Shown: positions 54,143-64,000 of the stretch, piece by piece
How positions within the stretch are numbered: position 1 is the stretch's first letter
How the letters are laid out: each line of letters starts with the position of its first letter
Assembly (NCBI GenBank): GCA_025061735.1
Contig: JANXAU010000080.1
Coordinates: 3,857-67,856, forward strand
Direction of reading: 5' to 3'
Source: Candidatus Bipolaricaulota bacterium
GTDB lineage: Bacteria; Bipolaricaulota; Bipolaricaulia; RBG-16-55-9; DRXL01
DNA: 64,000 nucleotides
The notes under the pieces: model-generated
What the model was told of the DNA's origin: nothing
The model's database searches: none
Seen by the model: only the letters and a program-made list of their open reading frames with translations
Translations under genes and position numbers: made by a program

Positions 54143-54887
54143 AGAGGGCCTTCTGAGCTTGACCCCAGAGAAGATGAAGGGCAGGGCCGCGGGGAGGCGG
54201 AGCTTGCGGAGGATCTGCCAGCGCGTGGCTTCCAACGCCAAGCCCCCGAGCACCGAGATCCCAAAGCCCAATCCCACCGCTCCATCCGCGAGCACCAGGG
54301 CCTCTTCGATGTCATGGGTCACAAAGAGCGCAATCGTCTCCTGGTCGTGCCACGCTTGCAGCAGATAGCGATGGAGCTGGGAGCGAGTCATCGCGTCGAG
54401 GGCTCCAAAGGGTTCGTCGAGAAGCCAGATTGGCTTCTGCAGTAACAGCGTACGCACTAGGGCCACGCGCTGGCGCATCCCCCCGGAGAGCTGATGGGGA
54501 TAGGCCCGTTCGAATCCCCCTAAGCCGAAGCGCTCCAGCAGCGCTTGGGCTTGGGCGTGCGCTTGTTGGCGGGGAAGTCCTTGGAGTTCCAAGCCCAATA
54601 TCGCGTTGTCGAGCACGTTGCGCCAGGGCAGGAGCAGGTCTTTCTGCTGCATATAAGCAATATGCTCGCGATAGTGGGGCACCCGCTGGGTGCCGAGCAG
54701 AAGCGTGCCGCTGTCTGGCTCGATCAGTCCGGCGAGAATGTTCAACAGCGTTGTCTTGCCGCAGCCCGAAGGCCCAAGAATAGCTACGAACTCTCCCGAA
54801 GTCGCTTCCAAGCAGACGTCTTCTAGGACTTTGACCAGCTTCGTGGGGAAAGCTCTTGTGCAGGTTTTCGATCCGAAGCTCCATCAT
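54044..54887 (-). pseudogene. ABC transporter ATP-binding protein (NitT/TauT-like) disrupted by frameshift and with chimeric C-terminus
   Basis: The N-terminus [14 protein letters not shown] is in one frame (start 54887). Walker A onward (TKLVKVLEDVCLEATSGEFVAILGPSGCGKTT...) is in the frame of ORF 54044-54811. The shift lies at a CCCC run (plus GGGG 54845-54848). The C-terminal 55 aa are permease-like (LPAALPFIFSGVKL) and overlap the CPBP gene by 99 bp. Confidence 0.55.
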
Positions 54888-55996
54888 TATTCCTCCGCTG
54901 GCGTTCCGGAGTCCAGAAGCGCTTGAGCTTGGGCAAGCTTTTGAGCGAGCAGTTCTTCGGAGGGCTCGCAGAGCGTAATATGTCCCAATTTGCGCCCTGG
55001 TCTTGGGCTTTTGCCGTACAGATGCAGATGCGCGCCGGGGATCTTCAGCACGGCTTCGCTGGAGGGCGTCGTCCCGATCAGGTTGATCATCGCGCAGTGC
55101 CCTCGTGAATCCGTGGTCCCCAAGGGCCAGCCCCCTATAGCTCTCAGGTGATTCTCAAACTGGCTCGTGACCGCACCTTCGATCGTCCAGTGTCCGGAGT
55201 TGTGGACTCTGGGGGCCATCTCGTTGGCCAGAAGATTCCCGTGATGCTCAAAGAGTTCGAGGGCGAGCACGCCCACGTAATTCAGAGCTTCTAAGATCGC
55301 GCGAGCGTAGCGCTCGGCGCGTGCTTGCCGCTCCGGCGAGGTCTTGGGCGCGGGGGCCAGCGAGCGCCGCAAGATCCCCTCCCGATGGTGGTTCTCTATC
55401 AACGGGTAGAAGGCGCATTCCCCCGCGCGCGAGCGCACGGCTATTACAGACAGCTCGCGCTCAAACGCAATATGCTCTTCGAGAATGAGCGGGACTCCCC
55501 CGAGCGCGCCCCAGGCGCGCTCGATATCGTCTGAACCGCGCATGAGATACTGCCCCTTGCCGTCGTAGCCGCCACGTCGCGTCTTGAGCAGAGCGGGCAG
55601 CCCAAGCTCTGCAACAGCGTTGCGCAAGTCTTCCAGAGTGTCAACGCGCTCGAAGCGCGGCGTGGGAATCCCTAGGCTCTGAAAGAACGTCTTCTCGCTG
55701 AGGCGGTCTTGGGCGATTGCGAGCGCGCGCGGGGGAGGATAGACGGGCCGAAGCTCAGCGAGCGCTCGGGCGCTCTCGACGGGGACGTTCTCAAACTCAT
55801 ATGTGATGACGTCAACAGCTTGGACAAGCTGCTCGAGAGCGCTGCGATCGCGATAGTCAGCGCAGATATGGGTAGCGACTGCGCGGGCTGGGGCCTCTGG
55901 GGAGGGATCGAGCACCCAGCAACGCACACCCAGGGGCAGCCCCGCGATGGCCAGCATTCGGCCCAGTTGCCCGCCGCCGAGAATCCCCACTCTCAT
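54887..55996 (-). CDS. purK: N5-carboxyaminoimidazole ribonucleotide synthase
   Basis: ATP-grasp enzyme with the PurK N-terminus [15 protein letters not shown]. Confidence 0.9.
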   Translation of the reverse strand: MRVGILGGGQLGRMLAIAGLPLGVRCWVLDPSPEAPARAVATHICADYRDRSALEQLVQAVDVITYEFENVPVESARALAELRPVYPPPRALAIAQDRLSEKTFFQSLGIPTPRFERVDTLEDLRNAVAELGLPALLKTRRGGYDGKGQYLMRGSDDIERAWGALGGVPLILEEHIAFERELSVIAVRSRAGECAFYPLIENHHREGILRRSLAPAPKTSPERQARAERYARAILEALNYVGVLALELFEHHGNLLANEMAPRVHNSGHWTIEGAVTSQFENHLRAIGGWPLGTTDSRGHCAMINLIGTTPSSEAVLKIPGAHLHLYGKSPRPGRKLGHITLCEPSEELLAQKLAQAQALLDSGTPAEE

Positions 55997-56496
55997 AGCT
56001 GTCGCGGATCGGGATGATCCAGCACGTCTTTCGTCTGCGCCTCGCGATATCTTCGCAAAGCTTCGCGATACTCTGGGTACTTGTTGGCCAAGATCGCCGT
56101 CGCTAAGAGCGCTGCGTTGATCGCCCCGGCCTTCCCAATGGCGAGCGTGCCTACGGGAACGCCCGCGGGCATCTGCACAATAGAGAAGAGCGAATCTAGG
56201 CCCTGAAGCGGCGACAAGACGGGCACGCCCAAGACAGGCAAGAGCGTCTTCGACGCGGTCATCCCCGGCAGATGCGCCGCCCCTCCCGCTCCCGCAATGA
56301 TCACTTCGATCCCTCGTTGCTCTGCCGTAGCGGCGTACTCAAAGAGCAGATCGGGCGTGCGATGCGCCGAGACCACCCGCACTTCGTAGGGAACCCCAAG
56401 CTTCTCTAAAGTCTCGGCGGCGTATTGCAACGTCTCCCAGTCGGACTTCGATCCCATGATCACGCCGACCAACGGGGACATCGTCTTGGCTCCCAT
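55993..56496 (-). CDS. purE: N5-carboxyaminoimidazole ribonucleotide mutase
   Basis: PurE signatures [21 protein letters not shown]. Confidence 0.9.
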   Translation of the reverse strand: MGAKTMSPLVGVIMGSKSDWETLQYAAETLEKLGVPYEVRVVSAHRTPDLLFEYAATAEQRGIEVIIAGAGGAAHLPGMTASKTLLPVLGVPVLSPLQGLDSLFSIVQMPAGVPVGTLAIGKAGAINAALLATAILANKYPEYREALRRYREAQTKDVLDHPDPRQL

Positions 56497-56500
56497 AGAT

Positions 56501-57463
56501 TTAGTTCGTGCTGATTGTGCCTACAATCGTGAGAACGCCGTTGACGAGCTTGGGCGTCGCTTGCAAGCACGCCGATTTTGGCCCACTGGTCACAAAGAGC
56601 ACAAAGGGGATCTCTGGGGTGAGGGGGATCTGCTGGCTCCCCGGCCCAATGATGATCCCGATTCGTCTGAAGAAAGCCGTCGTGAACGAGTACTGCAAAG
56701 ACGGCGCAAACGACTGCACGGTGAGAAAACTGGGCGGCGCGACGCCGATCTCAAAGAGCTTTGCAGCATCGGAGACGGTCGCAATCGTCGCCGGTGTGTT
56801 GAGAGAAACGTTCACGTCGCTCTTGTTAGGCAGGTCTTGCGGGCACGTAGGAGCCGGGGCTTGGGGCGCCTGCGGGGACGGAGGCGCCGGCGGCGCTTGA
56901 GGTGCAGCAACGGTGATGAGCGAGACGAGCACCTGAAAGATCCCCAACGGGCCCACGAAGGGAGTCACGATGGGGAAGGGGAACAACGGGACGGTAGTGA
57001 CTTGGGCGGGCAGCGTCACAAACGCTCCGATATTCCCGGTGGGGATGTCCAAGAGCGCCGCGACGAACGGATCGGCGATCACGACGATCCCGTAGTTCCC
57101 AGAGAAGTCTCTCTGAGCGAGCTTGGCGCCTTGGGGGATCGAGATCGTCCCGTAGACGATATAGGGCACTTGGTTGGCCAGCAAGACCATCAAACCCAGG
57201 GCTTCGGTGAAGATCGTCCCGGTGATGCCGTTGCTGGCGCGGACTTGGCCCAAGACCTGGCGTTTCTGGAACTCTTCCGTCCAGGAGGAGACTTTGGTCT
57301 TCTCCCGGAATTTGCTCTCGATCTCGGAGAACTTGGCGTCGCCGGGGAAGACGACTTCGACAGGCGGCTGCGTTTGGGTCGGCGGCTGAGCGTAGAGAGA
57401 CGGTGCGAGCGGGCCGACCAAGCTGAGCGCGGCCAACGAGACACCCACCAGAGCGATGCGCAT
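56501..57463 (-). CDS. secreted hypothetical protein with central Pro-rich linker
   Basis: Signal peptide [26 protein letters not shown] from the internal ATG 57463. Linker [18 protein letters not shown]. The listed ORF has a 166-aa unlikely N-extension. Confidence 0.5.
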   Translation of the reverse strand: MRIALVGVSLAALSLVGPLAPSLYAQPPTQTQPPVEVVFPGDAKFSEIESKFREKTKVSSWTEEFQKRQVLGQVRASNGITGTIFTEALGLMVLLANQVPYIVYGTISIPQGAKLAQRDFSGNYGIVVIADPFVAALLDIPTGNIGAFVTLPAQVTTVPLFPFPIVTPFVGPLGIFQVLVSLITVAAPQAPPAPPSPQAPQAPAPTCPQDLPNKSDVNVSLNTPATIATVSDAAKLFEIGVAPPSFLTVQSFAPSLQYSFTTAFFRRIGIIIGPGSQQIPLTPEIPFVLFVTSGPKSACLQATPKLVNGVLTIVGTISTN

Positions 57464-57551
57464 ACCCACGACCCCTTTCTGAAGTAAGAGTCTCTTTATT
57501 CTACTCCAACGCTGTTGACTTTGCCCGTCGGAGTCGTTATGCTTCTCAGCG

Positions 57552-58751
57552 ATGGACGCTTGTCGAGGCAAGAAGATCGTCGTGGGGATCTGCGGCGGGA
57601 TCGCTGCGTACAAAGCAGCGTATATTGTCAGCAAGCTTGCGCAGTCTGGTGCCGATGTCCAGGTGATCATGACCCGCGCGGCGTGTCGGTTCGTCACGCC
57701 CCTGACGTTGGAGTCTCTCTCGCACCGCCGAGTCTTCACCGATCTGTTTCGAGACGATCCCCTCGCGCACGTCGAGCTGGCCCATACGGCCGATCTTTTT
57801 GTCTTGATGCCCGCCACATATAATATTATTGGGAAGCTGGCGCACGGCATCGCCGATGACTTCCTCACCACGACCCTCGCCGCGACCCGCGCCCCCGTCC
57901 TGGTCGTCCCCGCGATGGAATCCCAGATGTACACCAACCCCCTCTTGCAAGAGAACCGCAAGAGACTCTCAGAACTGGGCTATCGCTTTCTGGAGCCAGA
58001 GACCGGGCGCTTGGCCAGCGGCCGGCAGGGCATTGGGCGCTTCCCCTCGGAAGAGAAGATCCTCCAAGCGATTGAAGAGATCTTGACGGAGCGCTCGCTC
58101 TTGCGGGGCCGGCGCGTGCTGGTGACCGCGGGACCGACGCGCGAGATGCTTGACCCGATGCGCTGCATCACCAACAAGAGCTCGGGGAAGATGGGCTACG
58201 CTCTGGCCGAGCAAGCGCGCGACTTGGGAGCGGAGAGGGTCTGTTTGATCAGCGGGCCGACGCAGCTAGAGCCTCCTGCAGGGGTCGAGTGCGTCCGCGT
58301 CGAGAGCGCCCAAGAGATGCGAGACGCCGTGCTGGAGCGCTTTGCGGAATTCGATCTGATTCTCATGGCCGCGGCGGTCGCCGACTGGCGACCGAAAAGA
58401 GCCTTCGCACAGAAGCTCAAGAAATCGAGCGCTCGCGAACTCACCATAGTCCTGGAGAAGACCCCCGATATCCTCGCCGAGCTGGGCCGGCGCAAGAAGA
58501 AAGACCAAATTCTCGTAGGCTTTGCGGCGGAAACCGAAAAGCTCCTCGAGCACGCGCGCCAGAAATTAAAAGAGAAAAATTTAGATCTCGTCGTGGCCAA
58601 TGACATCACGGCACCGGGAGCCGGTCCCGAAGTCGAGACGAATATCGTAACGCTGCTCTATCGCGACGGGCGCAGCGAGACACTCCCGTGCATGACCAAG
58701 CGCCAGCTGGCCCGCGAGATCTTGCACCGCATCGCCTCCCTTAAAACTTGA
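57552..58751 (+). CDS. coaBC: bifunctional phosphopantothenoylcysteine decarboxylase/phosphopantothenate--cysteine ligase
   Basis: Flavoprotein N-domain ([15 protein letters not shown]) and a CoaB C-domain. Promoter TTGACT-17-TTATGC about 8 nt before the ATG. Confidence 0.9.
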   Translation: MDACRGKKIVVGICGGIAAYKAAYIVSKLAQSGADVQVIMTRAACRFVTPLTLESLSHRRVFTDLFRDDPLAHVELAHTADLFVLMPATYNIIGKLAHGIADDFLTTTLAATRAPVLVVPAMESQMYTNPLLQENRKRLSELGYRFLEPETGRLASGRQGIGRFPSEEKILQAIEEILTERSLLRGRRVLVTAGPTREMLDPMRCITNKSSGKMGYALAEQARDLGAERVCLISGPTQLEPPAGVECVRVESAQEMRDAVLERFAEFDLILMAAAVADWRPKRAFAQKLKKSSARELTIVLEKTPDILAELGRRKKKDQILVGFAAETEKLLEHARQKLKEKNLDLVVANDITAPGAGPEVETNIVTLLYRDGRSETLPCMTKRQLAREILHRIASLKT

Positions 58752-58776
58752 CAAAAATAGTCTGCTTTTTTATAAT
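58748..58776 (+). promoter_or_regulatory. perfect-consensus promoter TTGACA-17-TATAAT overlapping coaBC stop, driving sseA-sufU
   Basis: TTGACA at 58748-58753, TATAAT at 58771-58776. The leader contains the inverted repeat CCTACTCG-gatatg-CGAGTAGG (58786-58807) before the SD GGGAGGTGAT. Confidence 0.5.
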
Positions 58777-58822
58777 CGTCTCGATCCTACTCGGATATGC
58801 GAGTAGGGGAGGTGATCGTCAC

Positions 58823-59683
58823 ATGCCCTATGCTCGTCCCGACGTCTTGGTCGAGACCGATTGGGTCGCGGAGCACCTCCACGATCCGGGCGTGCGGATC
58901 GTGGAGTCGGACGAGGACGTGTTGCTCTATGAGCAGGGCCACATCCCCGGCGCGGTCAAGATAGATTGGTTCACGGATTTGCAGCATCCTACCCGAAGAG
59001 ACTTCCTCACCAAAGAGCAATTTGAGCGGCTCATGAGCGAGCGCGGCATCGCCAACGATACCACGGTTGTCTTCTACGGCGATAAACACAATTGGTACGC
59101 GGCCTATTCGTTCTGGCTCTTTCGTTACTTTGGGCACGACGACACCAAGCTCAAAATCATGAACGGCGGGCGCAAGAAATGGATAGACGAAGGCCGCCCG
59201 CTCACCAAAGAGATCCCGAGCTATCCCAAGACCGCCTATCGTGCCCAAGACCCGGATGCTTCTATTCGCGCCTTCAGAGACGAAGTCCTGGCCAGCTTGG
59301 GGCGCCCCGATCGCGTCTTGATCGACGTGCGGACTCCCAAAGAGTACACGGGCGAACTGATTCACATGCCCGAATACCCGCAAGAAGGCGCCCAGCGAGG
59401 AGGACATATCCCTGGGGCTTTGAACATCCCTTGGGCTCAAGCCGTCAATCCTGACAACAGCACCTTTAAGCCCGTTGAAGAATTGCGAAGACTCTACGAG
59501 AGCTATGGAATCACTCCCACCAAAGACGTCATCGCCTATTGCCGCATCGGGGAGCGCAGCTCCCACACATGGTTCGTGCTCACGTATCTGTTGGGCTACC
59601 CGAGGGTAAAGAACTACGACGGCTCGTGGACAGAGTGGGGCAACTTGGTGAACGTGCCGATCAAGAAGGGAGCAGAGCCGTAA
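58823..59683 (+). CDS. tandem-rhodanese sulfurtransferase (thiosulfate/3-mercaptopyruvate type)
   Basis: Two rhodanese domains with the active-site Cys loop CRIGERS. Confidence 0.8.
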   Translation: MPYARPDVLVETDWVAEHLHDPGVRIVESDEDVLLYEQGHIPGAVKIDWFTDLQHPTRRDFLTKEQFERLMSERGIANDTTVVFYGDKHNWYAAYSFWLFRYFGHDDTKLKIMNGGRKKWIDEGRPLTKEIPSYPKTAYRAQDPDASIRAFRDEVLASLGRPDRVLIDVRTPKEYTGELIHMPEYPQEGAQRGGHIPGALNIPWAQAVNPDNSTFKPVEELRRLYESYGITPTKDVIAYCRIGERSSHTWFVLTYLLGYPRVKNYDGSWTEWGNLVNVPIKKGAEP

Positions 59684-59685
59684 CG

Positions 59686-60084
59686 GTGGATCGCCAAGCT
59701 TATATCGAGTTGCTCTTGGATCACTACGAGCACCCGCGCAATCGGGGGCGATTAGAAAACCCAGATGTGCAGATGAGCTGGGGCAATCCCGGCTGCGGAG
59801 ATGTTGTGACCCTCTATCTCAAGATCAGTGCCGACGGCCGGATCACCGAGATCGCGTTCGAAGGCGAGGGGTGTACCGTCAGTCAAGCCTCGGCCTCGAT
59901 CCTGACCGAACACGTGAAGGGACAGACTCTCTCCTACGCTCAGAACCTCTCTCCCGATGACGTCGCAGCTTGGGTGGGACGCGAGGTGATGATGAGTCGT
60001 CCACGCTGCGCGCTCTTGGCCCTTAGCGCTCTCAAGCTCGCCCTCCAAGAGTACCGAGCTTCTTCTCCGACGGCCTCTGGATGA
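59686..60084 (+). CDS. SufU/IscU-like Fe-S cluster assembly scaffold (NifU N-domain family)
   Basis: Three conserved Cys (NPGCGD, EGEGC, SRPRCALL). GTG start after the sseA stop. Confidence 0.6.
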   Translation: MDRQAYIELLLDHYEHPRNRGRLENPDVQMSWGNPGCGDVVTLYLKISADGRITEIAFEGEGCTVSQASASILTEHVKGQTLSYAQNLSPDDVAAWVGREVMMSRPRCALLALSALKLALQEYRASSPTASG

Positions 60085-60982
60085 CTTCTAGCGCCTCGGT
60101 GAGAACGTCTTCGGTGGCCTTCCCCGTCACGTCTATCCACCAGACTCCTGGCTCGCGCTTAAAATAGATCAATTGACGCTTGGCGTACTCCCGCGAGTGC
60201 TTCTTGATAAGTCTCACGGCTTCTTCATAAGAGATCTTCCCATCTAGAAACTCGAAGAACTCTTCGTACCCGATAGTGCGATACGCAGGCATCTCCGGGG
60301 TGAGCTTCGCTCGCAAAGCTCTAGCTTCTTCCAACAAGCCCGACGCGATCATCGCGTCCACGCGCGCGTTGATGCGCTCATATAAGACGCGCCTGTCGAG
60401 CGTCAGCCCGATCTTCGTAAAGTTATAGGGGAATGGGACTTTGGACTCCCTCTGCCAGCGCGAGATGGGCAGCCCCGTCAGCTCGTAGACTTCTAGCGCT
60501 CGTACCGTGCGCACCCTGTCGTTGGGATGGATACGCCGTGCGGCTTCGGGGTCTATCTCTTCAAGACGTTGGCGCAACTGCTCTTGGGACTGAGACTCCA
60601 AGCGCTGCCGGAGCTGAGGATCGGCCTTGGGTCCTGCAAAGAAAGTCCCCGTCAAGACAGAGATATAGAGCGTGCTCCCGCCTACGACAATCGGCAGCTT
60701 CCCCCGCGCGCGAATCTCTTCTATGGCTCTCAGCGCGTCGCGTCGAAACTCCATCACGTCGTAGCGCTCGGTGGGATCTTTGATATCTATCAGATGATGA
60801 CGGACGCGCTGACGCAGCTCTAAGGGGGGCTTGGCCGTTCCGATAGTTAAGCCTTTGTAGATCGCGCGGGCATCAGCAGAGACGATCTCGCCGTTCAGGC
60901 GCTCGGCGAGCGCGACGGCCAAGAGAGACTTGCCGACCGCCGTCGGCCCTAAGATCAACGGGAGAGCGCGCTCATTCTTCAC
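60032..60982 (-). CDS. miaA: tRNA dimethylallyltransferase
   Basis: P-loop GPTAVGKS with the MiaA core. Confidence 0.9.
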   Translation of the reverse strand: MKNERALPLILGPTAVGKSLLAVALAERLNGEIVSADARAIYKGLTIGTAKPPLELRQRVRHHLIDIKDPTERYDVMEFRRDALRAIEEIRARGKLPIVVGGSTLYISVLTGTFFAGPKADPQLRQRLESQSQEQLRQRLEEIDPEAARRIHPNDRVRTVRALEVYELTGLPISRWQRESKVPFPYNFTKIGLTLDRRVLYERINARVDAMIASGLLEEARALRAKLTPEMPAYRTIGYEEFFEFLDGKISYEEAVRLIKKHSREYAKRQLIYFKREPGVWWIDVTGKATEDVLTEALEVIQRPSEKKLGTLGGRA

Positions 60983-61964
60983 TCATCAAGAGCTGTCGGA
61001 ACCGTTGCAGCTCCTCTTTGCGATTGGGATGCTTGAGCTTCTCTAGCGCTTTGATCTCGATCTGGCGGACGCGCTCACGCGTGATATTGAAGACTTTGGC
61101 TACGTCCTTGAGCGTGCGCGGGTGCCCGTCTTCTAGGCCGTAGCGCAGTTTGAGAATCTCTCGCTCGCGCTCGTTGAGCTGATTGAGCGCATGCTCCAGC
61201 TCTTCGTTCATGAACATCTTGTAGGTCTCTTTGGTAGGAGAGGGCGCGTTCTTGTCTTCGATGAAATCCCCTAACGAATCCTCTTCGTCCTCACCGACGG
61301 GCCGCTCCAACGACGTCGTATACTGCGAGAGGTTCTCCACTTGTTTGATCTGCTTCTCACTCAGGCCCAACTCCTGAGAGAGCATCTGCAGATCGGGAGA
61401 GGCCCCATACTCGTGGAGGTGCTCTTTCTTGATGCGCTGCAGCTCCCGCACCGACTCCATCATGTGGACGGGCACGCGGATCGTGCGCGCCTGGTCGGCG
61501 ATGGCGCGCGTGATCGCTTGACGGATCCACCACGTCGCGTAGGTGCTAAACTTAAAGCCCTTGCTGGGGTCGAACTTCTCCACCGCACGCATCAGGCCCA
61601 GATTGCCCTCTTGAATGAGATCCAAGAACGATAGCCCACGTCCCATATATTTTTTGGCGATCGAGACGACCAAGCGCAAGTTCGCGGTGATCAGGGCATC
61701 GCGGGCCTCTTTCTCCCCCAACGAGACGCGCCGCGCCAGCTCGATCTCTTGCTCGCGCGTCAAGAGCGAGACCTTCCCGATCTCTTGGAGATAGAGCTTG
61801 ACGGGATCGTAGGATTCCTCAAAAGGCTCAGCCTCCTCCTCCAGTTCTTCGTCGAGTTCCTCCTCAAGCTGTTCTTCTAGCTCTTCCTCGGAGAGTTCGG
61901 GAATCGCGTAGATCGTCTCGTCGTCCGGCATCCCGTTGGTAATGATATCTCGGTTGAGACTCAC
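60972..61964 (-). CDS. sigA: RNA polymerase sigma factor, group 1/2 (sigma-70 family)
   Basis: Acidic N-terminal region. Region 2 [32 protein letters not shown]; regions 3 and 4. Conserved rpoD-dnaG linkage. Confidence 0.85.
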   Translation of the reverse strand: MSLNRDIITNGMPDDETIYAIPELSEEELEEQLEEELDEELEEEAEPFEESYDPVKLYLQEIGKVSLLTREQEIELARRVSLGEKEARDALITANLRLVVSIAKKYMGRGLSFLDLIQEGNLGLMRAVEKFDPSKGFKFSTYATWWIRQAITRAIADQARTIRVPVHMMESVRELQRIKKEHLHEYGASPDLQMLSQELGLSEKQIKQVENLSQYTTSLERPVGEDEEDSLGDFIEDKNAPSPTKETYKMFMNEELEHALNQLNEREREILKLRYGLEDGHPRTLKDVAKVFNITRERVRQIEIKALEKLKHPNRKEELQRFRQLLMSEE

Positions 61965-63679
61965 GGCATCCTCCTTCCCCCTTGGAGGAGTCTTCGTCGT
62001 GCTTGGACGAGTTGCCAGTGCTCCGCTTCAAGCGCGGTCACCCGTTCGTGATCGCCGGCGCGCTGGGCCGTGTGCAGTTGCGCGCACAGGCGCGCGATCC
62101 GTTCCTCGATCCGTCTCTGTCGCAGCCGCAAGGGCGCTTCGACCCGCGCTCGCGGGCGCTCGCCCTCCCGCCACGGCGGCTGGCTCAGCACCAGCCGTCG
62201 CACCGTCGCTTGATCCTCGGCTGACAGCCGCATCAGCAACGCTTCTAGCGTCCACCCTTCCCCCAGCTCCCAGAGCGCGCGTGCGATCTCCGGGTAGCGG
62301 GTGAAGTCCTCTACCGAGACGATGTCTCTCAGCTCAGAGATCTTCAGATCCCCTTGCAGCACCAAGTAGAGCACGTGCTCTTCGTGCTCCCATGCGGGGG
62401 CCGAAGGCGGGCTTATTATACCGGCTGGCTTGACCGCTTTCACGGCCCGCGCGACCTCCTCCTCCGGTAAATGGAGCACCCGCGCCACCTCACGGATGAT
62501 CTCGTAGCGCAGCGCGGTGCTGGAGAGCGTGGGTAGAAATTCTCTCAGATTCTGCAAAATGCGCTCTTTCCCCGTCACGGTCTTGGGGTCGTGCTCCTCC
62601 CAGAGCGCGGACAGATAGAACTCATAAAACGGAACAGAACGATCTAAGAGCCGGACAAATTTCTCGGCCCCGTGTGCTCGTAAGAACCCATCGGGGTCGA
62701 AGCCATCGGGGAGCAGGGCGACCGAGACTTCTATCCCGGCGTTGCGCAAGTTGGCCATGCCGCGCAGAGTGGCCGCCCGCCCGGCAGCGTCGCGATCGTA
62801 GGCTAAGACCACTCTTGACGCAAAGCGCTTGAGCAGTTGAGCCTGCGCGCTCGTGAGCGCCGTGCCCATGCCCGCTACCACGTTCTCGATCCCACTCTGA
62901 TGGGCGCTGATCACGTCGGTATAGCCCTCGACTAAGACGAAGAGATCGCGTTGGCGCGCCGCCTCGCGCGCGAAGTTCAGCCCGTAGAGCACCGTGCCCT
63001 TCTCAAAGAGCGGCGTGTTGGCGATATTCAGATATTTAGGTTCTTCGTCGCCCAGCGTCCGCCCGGCAAAGCCGATCATCTCCCCCGTCAGCGACCAGAT
63101 GGGGAAGATCAGCCGGTCGCGAAAGCGATCGTAAAGCTTCCCCTCAGCCGTGCGAAGCACCAGCCCCACGGTGATCAGGGCTTCGATCTCTTTAGGGAAA
63201 GTCTTAATGAGATCGTCCCAGCGGGGTAGGGCGTAGCCCAGCTGAAATTTTTCTATCGTCTCTTTGGTGAAGCCGCGCTGTTTGAGATAGTCGCGGGCCT
63301 TGGCGCCGGCGGGGCTGACCAAATTCGTCTGATAGAACGCCGCCACGCGCTCGTTGAGCGCTTTGAGCTTCTGCAGCGGGGAGCCGGCACGTCGTCCCAA
63401 GGGCACCCCAAGCTGCTGCGCCAGACGTTCTACAGCTTCCGAGAATTCGAGCTTCTCGATCTTCATCACGAACTGAAAGAGATCGCCGCCCGCGCCGCAG
63501 CCAAAACAGTGAAAGAGTTTTTTCTCCGGGCTGACGGTAAAACTGGGGGTCTTGTCGGCGTGAAACGGGCATGGACCGATATAGTTCTTGCCCGATTTTT
63601 TCAGAGCTACATAGCGCGAGACGATCTCGACAAAGTCGGCGCGCTCTCGGATCTGTTCTAAAACGTCGCGCTCGGCCAT
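61961..63679 (-). CDS. dnaG: DNA primase
   Basis: Zinc-binding [13 protein letters not shown]...CFGCG, TOPRIM domain, C-terminal helicase-interaction domain. Confidence 0.9.
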   Translation of the reverse strand: MAERDVLEQIRERADFVEIVSRYVALKKSGKNYIGPCPFHADKTPSFTVSPEKKLFHCFGCGAGGDLFQFVMKIEKLEFSEAVERLAQQLGVPLGRRAGSPLQKLKALNERVAAFYQTNLVSPAGAKARDYLKQRGFTKETIEKFQLGYALPRWDDLIKTFPKEIEALITVGLVLRTAEGKLYDRFRDRLIFPIWSLTGEMIGFAGRTLGDEEPKYLNIANTPLFEKGTVLYGLNFAREAARQRDLFVLVEGYTDVISAHQSGIENVVAGMGTALTSAQAQLLKRFASRVVLAYDRDAAGRAATLRGMANLRNAGIEVSVALLPDGFDPDGFLRAHGAEKFVRLLDRSVPFYEFYLSALWEEHDPKTVTGKERILQNLREFLPTLSSTALRYEIIREVARVLHLPEEEVARAVKAVKPAGIISPPSAPAWEHEEHVLYLVLQGDLKISELRDIVSVEDFTRYPEIARALWELGEGWTLEALLMRLSAEDQATVRRLVLSQPPWREGERPRARVEAPLRLRQRRIEERIARLCAQLHTAQRAGDHERVTALEAEHWQLVQARRRLLQGGRRMP

Positions 63680-63691
63680 CGGGGACCTCCA

Positions 63692-63739
63692 CCCTCACCC
63701 CATCCCTCTCCCTACTAGGGAGAGGGGTTAGGGATGAGG
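63692..63739. repeat. palindromic element, degenerate copy g (CCCTCACCCC..CCCTCTCCC-tacta-GGGAGAGGG..GGGATGAGG)
   Basis: Between the dnaG start and the upstream gene's 3' end. It supplies the terminal codons of the MBL-fold ORF. Confidence 0.55.
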
Positions 63740-64000
63740 TCTTGCAAGAACGGGTTCGTCCATCGTTCGATGGACAACTTCGTTACCGGTCCGTGTCCGG
63801 GGTAGATCGTGTAGTCTCCGGGAAGCTCTAAGATGCGCTGGAGCGAGCGGGCCATCGCGTGGGGATCGCTTCCGGGGAAGTCCGTCCGCCCGATGCTCCC
63901 GGCGAAGATCAGATCCCCAGTGAAGAGCACCCTTTCGCTCTCGACCTTGAAGACGACGCTCCCTGGCGAGTGCCCCGGCGTGTGCAACACCTCAAAGATC
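63715..64000 (-). CDS. MBL-fold metallo-hydrolase, C-terminal part (start beyond window end)
   Basis: HTPGHSPGS and GD.IF.GSIGRTDFPG are typical of glyoxalase-II-like MBL hydrolases. The ORF is open to position 64000. Confidence 0.6.
   Translation of the reverse strand, partial: IFEVLHTPGHSPGSVVFKVESERVLFTGDLIFAGSIGRTDFPGSDPHAMARSLQRILELPGDYTIYPGHGPVTKLSIERWTNPFLQDLIPNPSP

Noticed and set aside
2736-63739. CRISPR array interpretation of the recurring GC-rich palindromes
   Set aside because: Copies are tens of kb apart, not regularly spaced, and variable in length and composition. No cas genes are present.

Overview
This is a 64-kb chromosomal window from a high-GC (about 62%) bacterium, with no rRNA, tRNA, CRISPR, transposase or integrase. 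Genes are tightly packed and mostly housekeeping: rarA, hsp20, a purN-purH fusion, holA, rsmA, the pstSCAB-phoU phosphate-uptake operon, arsC, a paa ring-epoxidase cluster, rpmB-lepA, ctaA/ctaB, a cbb3-type oxidase (ccoN, ccoO), two tandem peptide-type ABC binding proteins with permeases, trpS, purEK, coaBC, miaA and sigA-dnaG. Promoters match the E. coli sigma-70 consensus unusually well (TTGACA-17-TATAAT/TATACT), and several genes appear leaderless.

The observations worth a second look are:
- A 1.4-kb AT-rich island (about 35-45% GC) carrying a single orphan 404-aa ORF, which has also rewritten the 3' end of the neighbouring HAD hydrolase gene.
- A c-di-GMP-I (GEMM) riboswitch in the 5' UTR of a small secreted protein gene.
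- A dispersed family of nested GC-rich palindromic elements, with at least seven copies, at gene ends.
- A CIRCE-variant inverted repeat at the hsp20 transcription start.
- An extra DUF2007/zinc-ribbon/TPR gene and a PstA carrying two PDZ-like domains inside the pst operon.
- A CcoO fused to a cytochrome c domain, with a paralogous lipoprotein cytochrome c next to it.
- Recent gene conversion between the two substrate-binding-protein paralogs.
- Three decayed loci: a frameshifted ABC ATPase, a split beta-helix protein gene, and an MNT/HepT toxin-antitoxin remnant.

All calls come from reading the sequence and from family motif knowledge. No database search was run.
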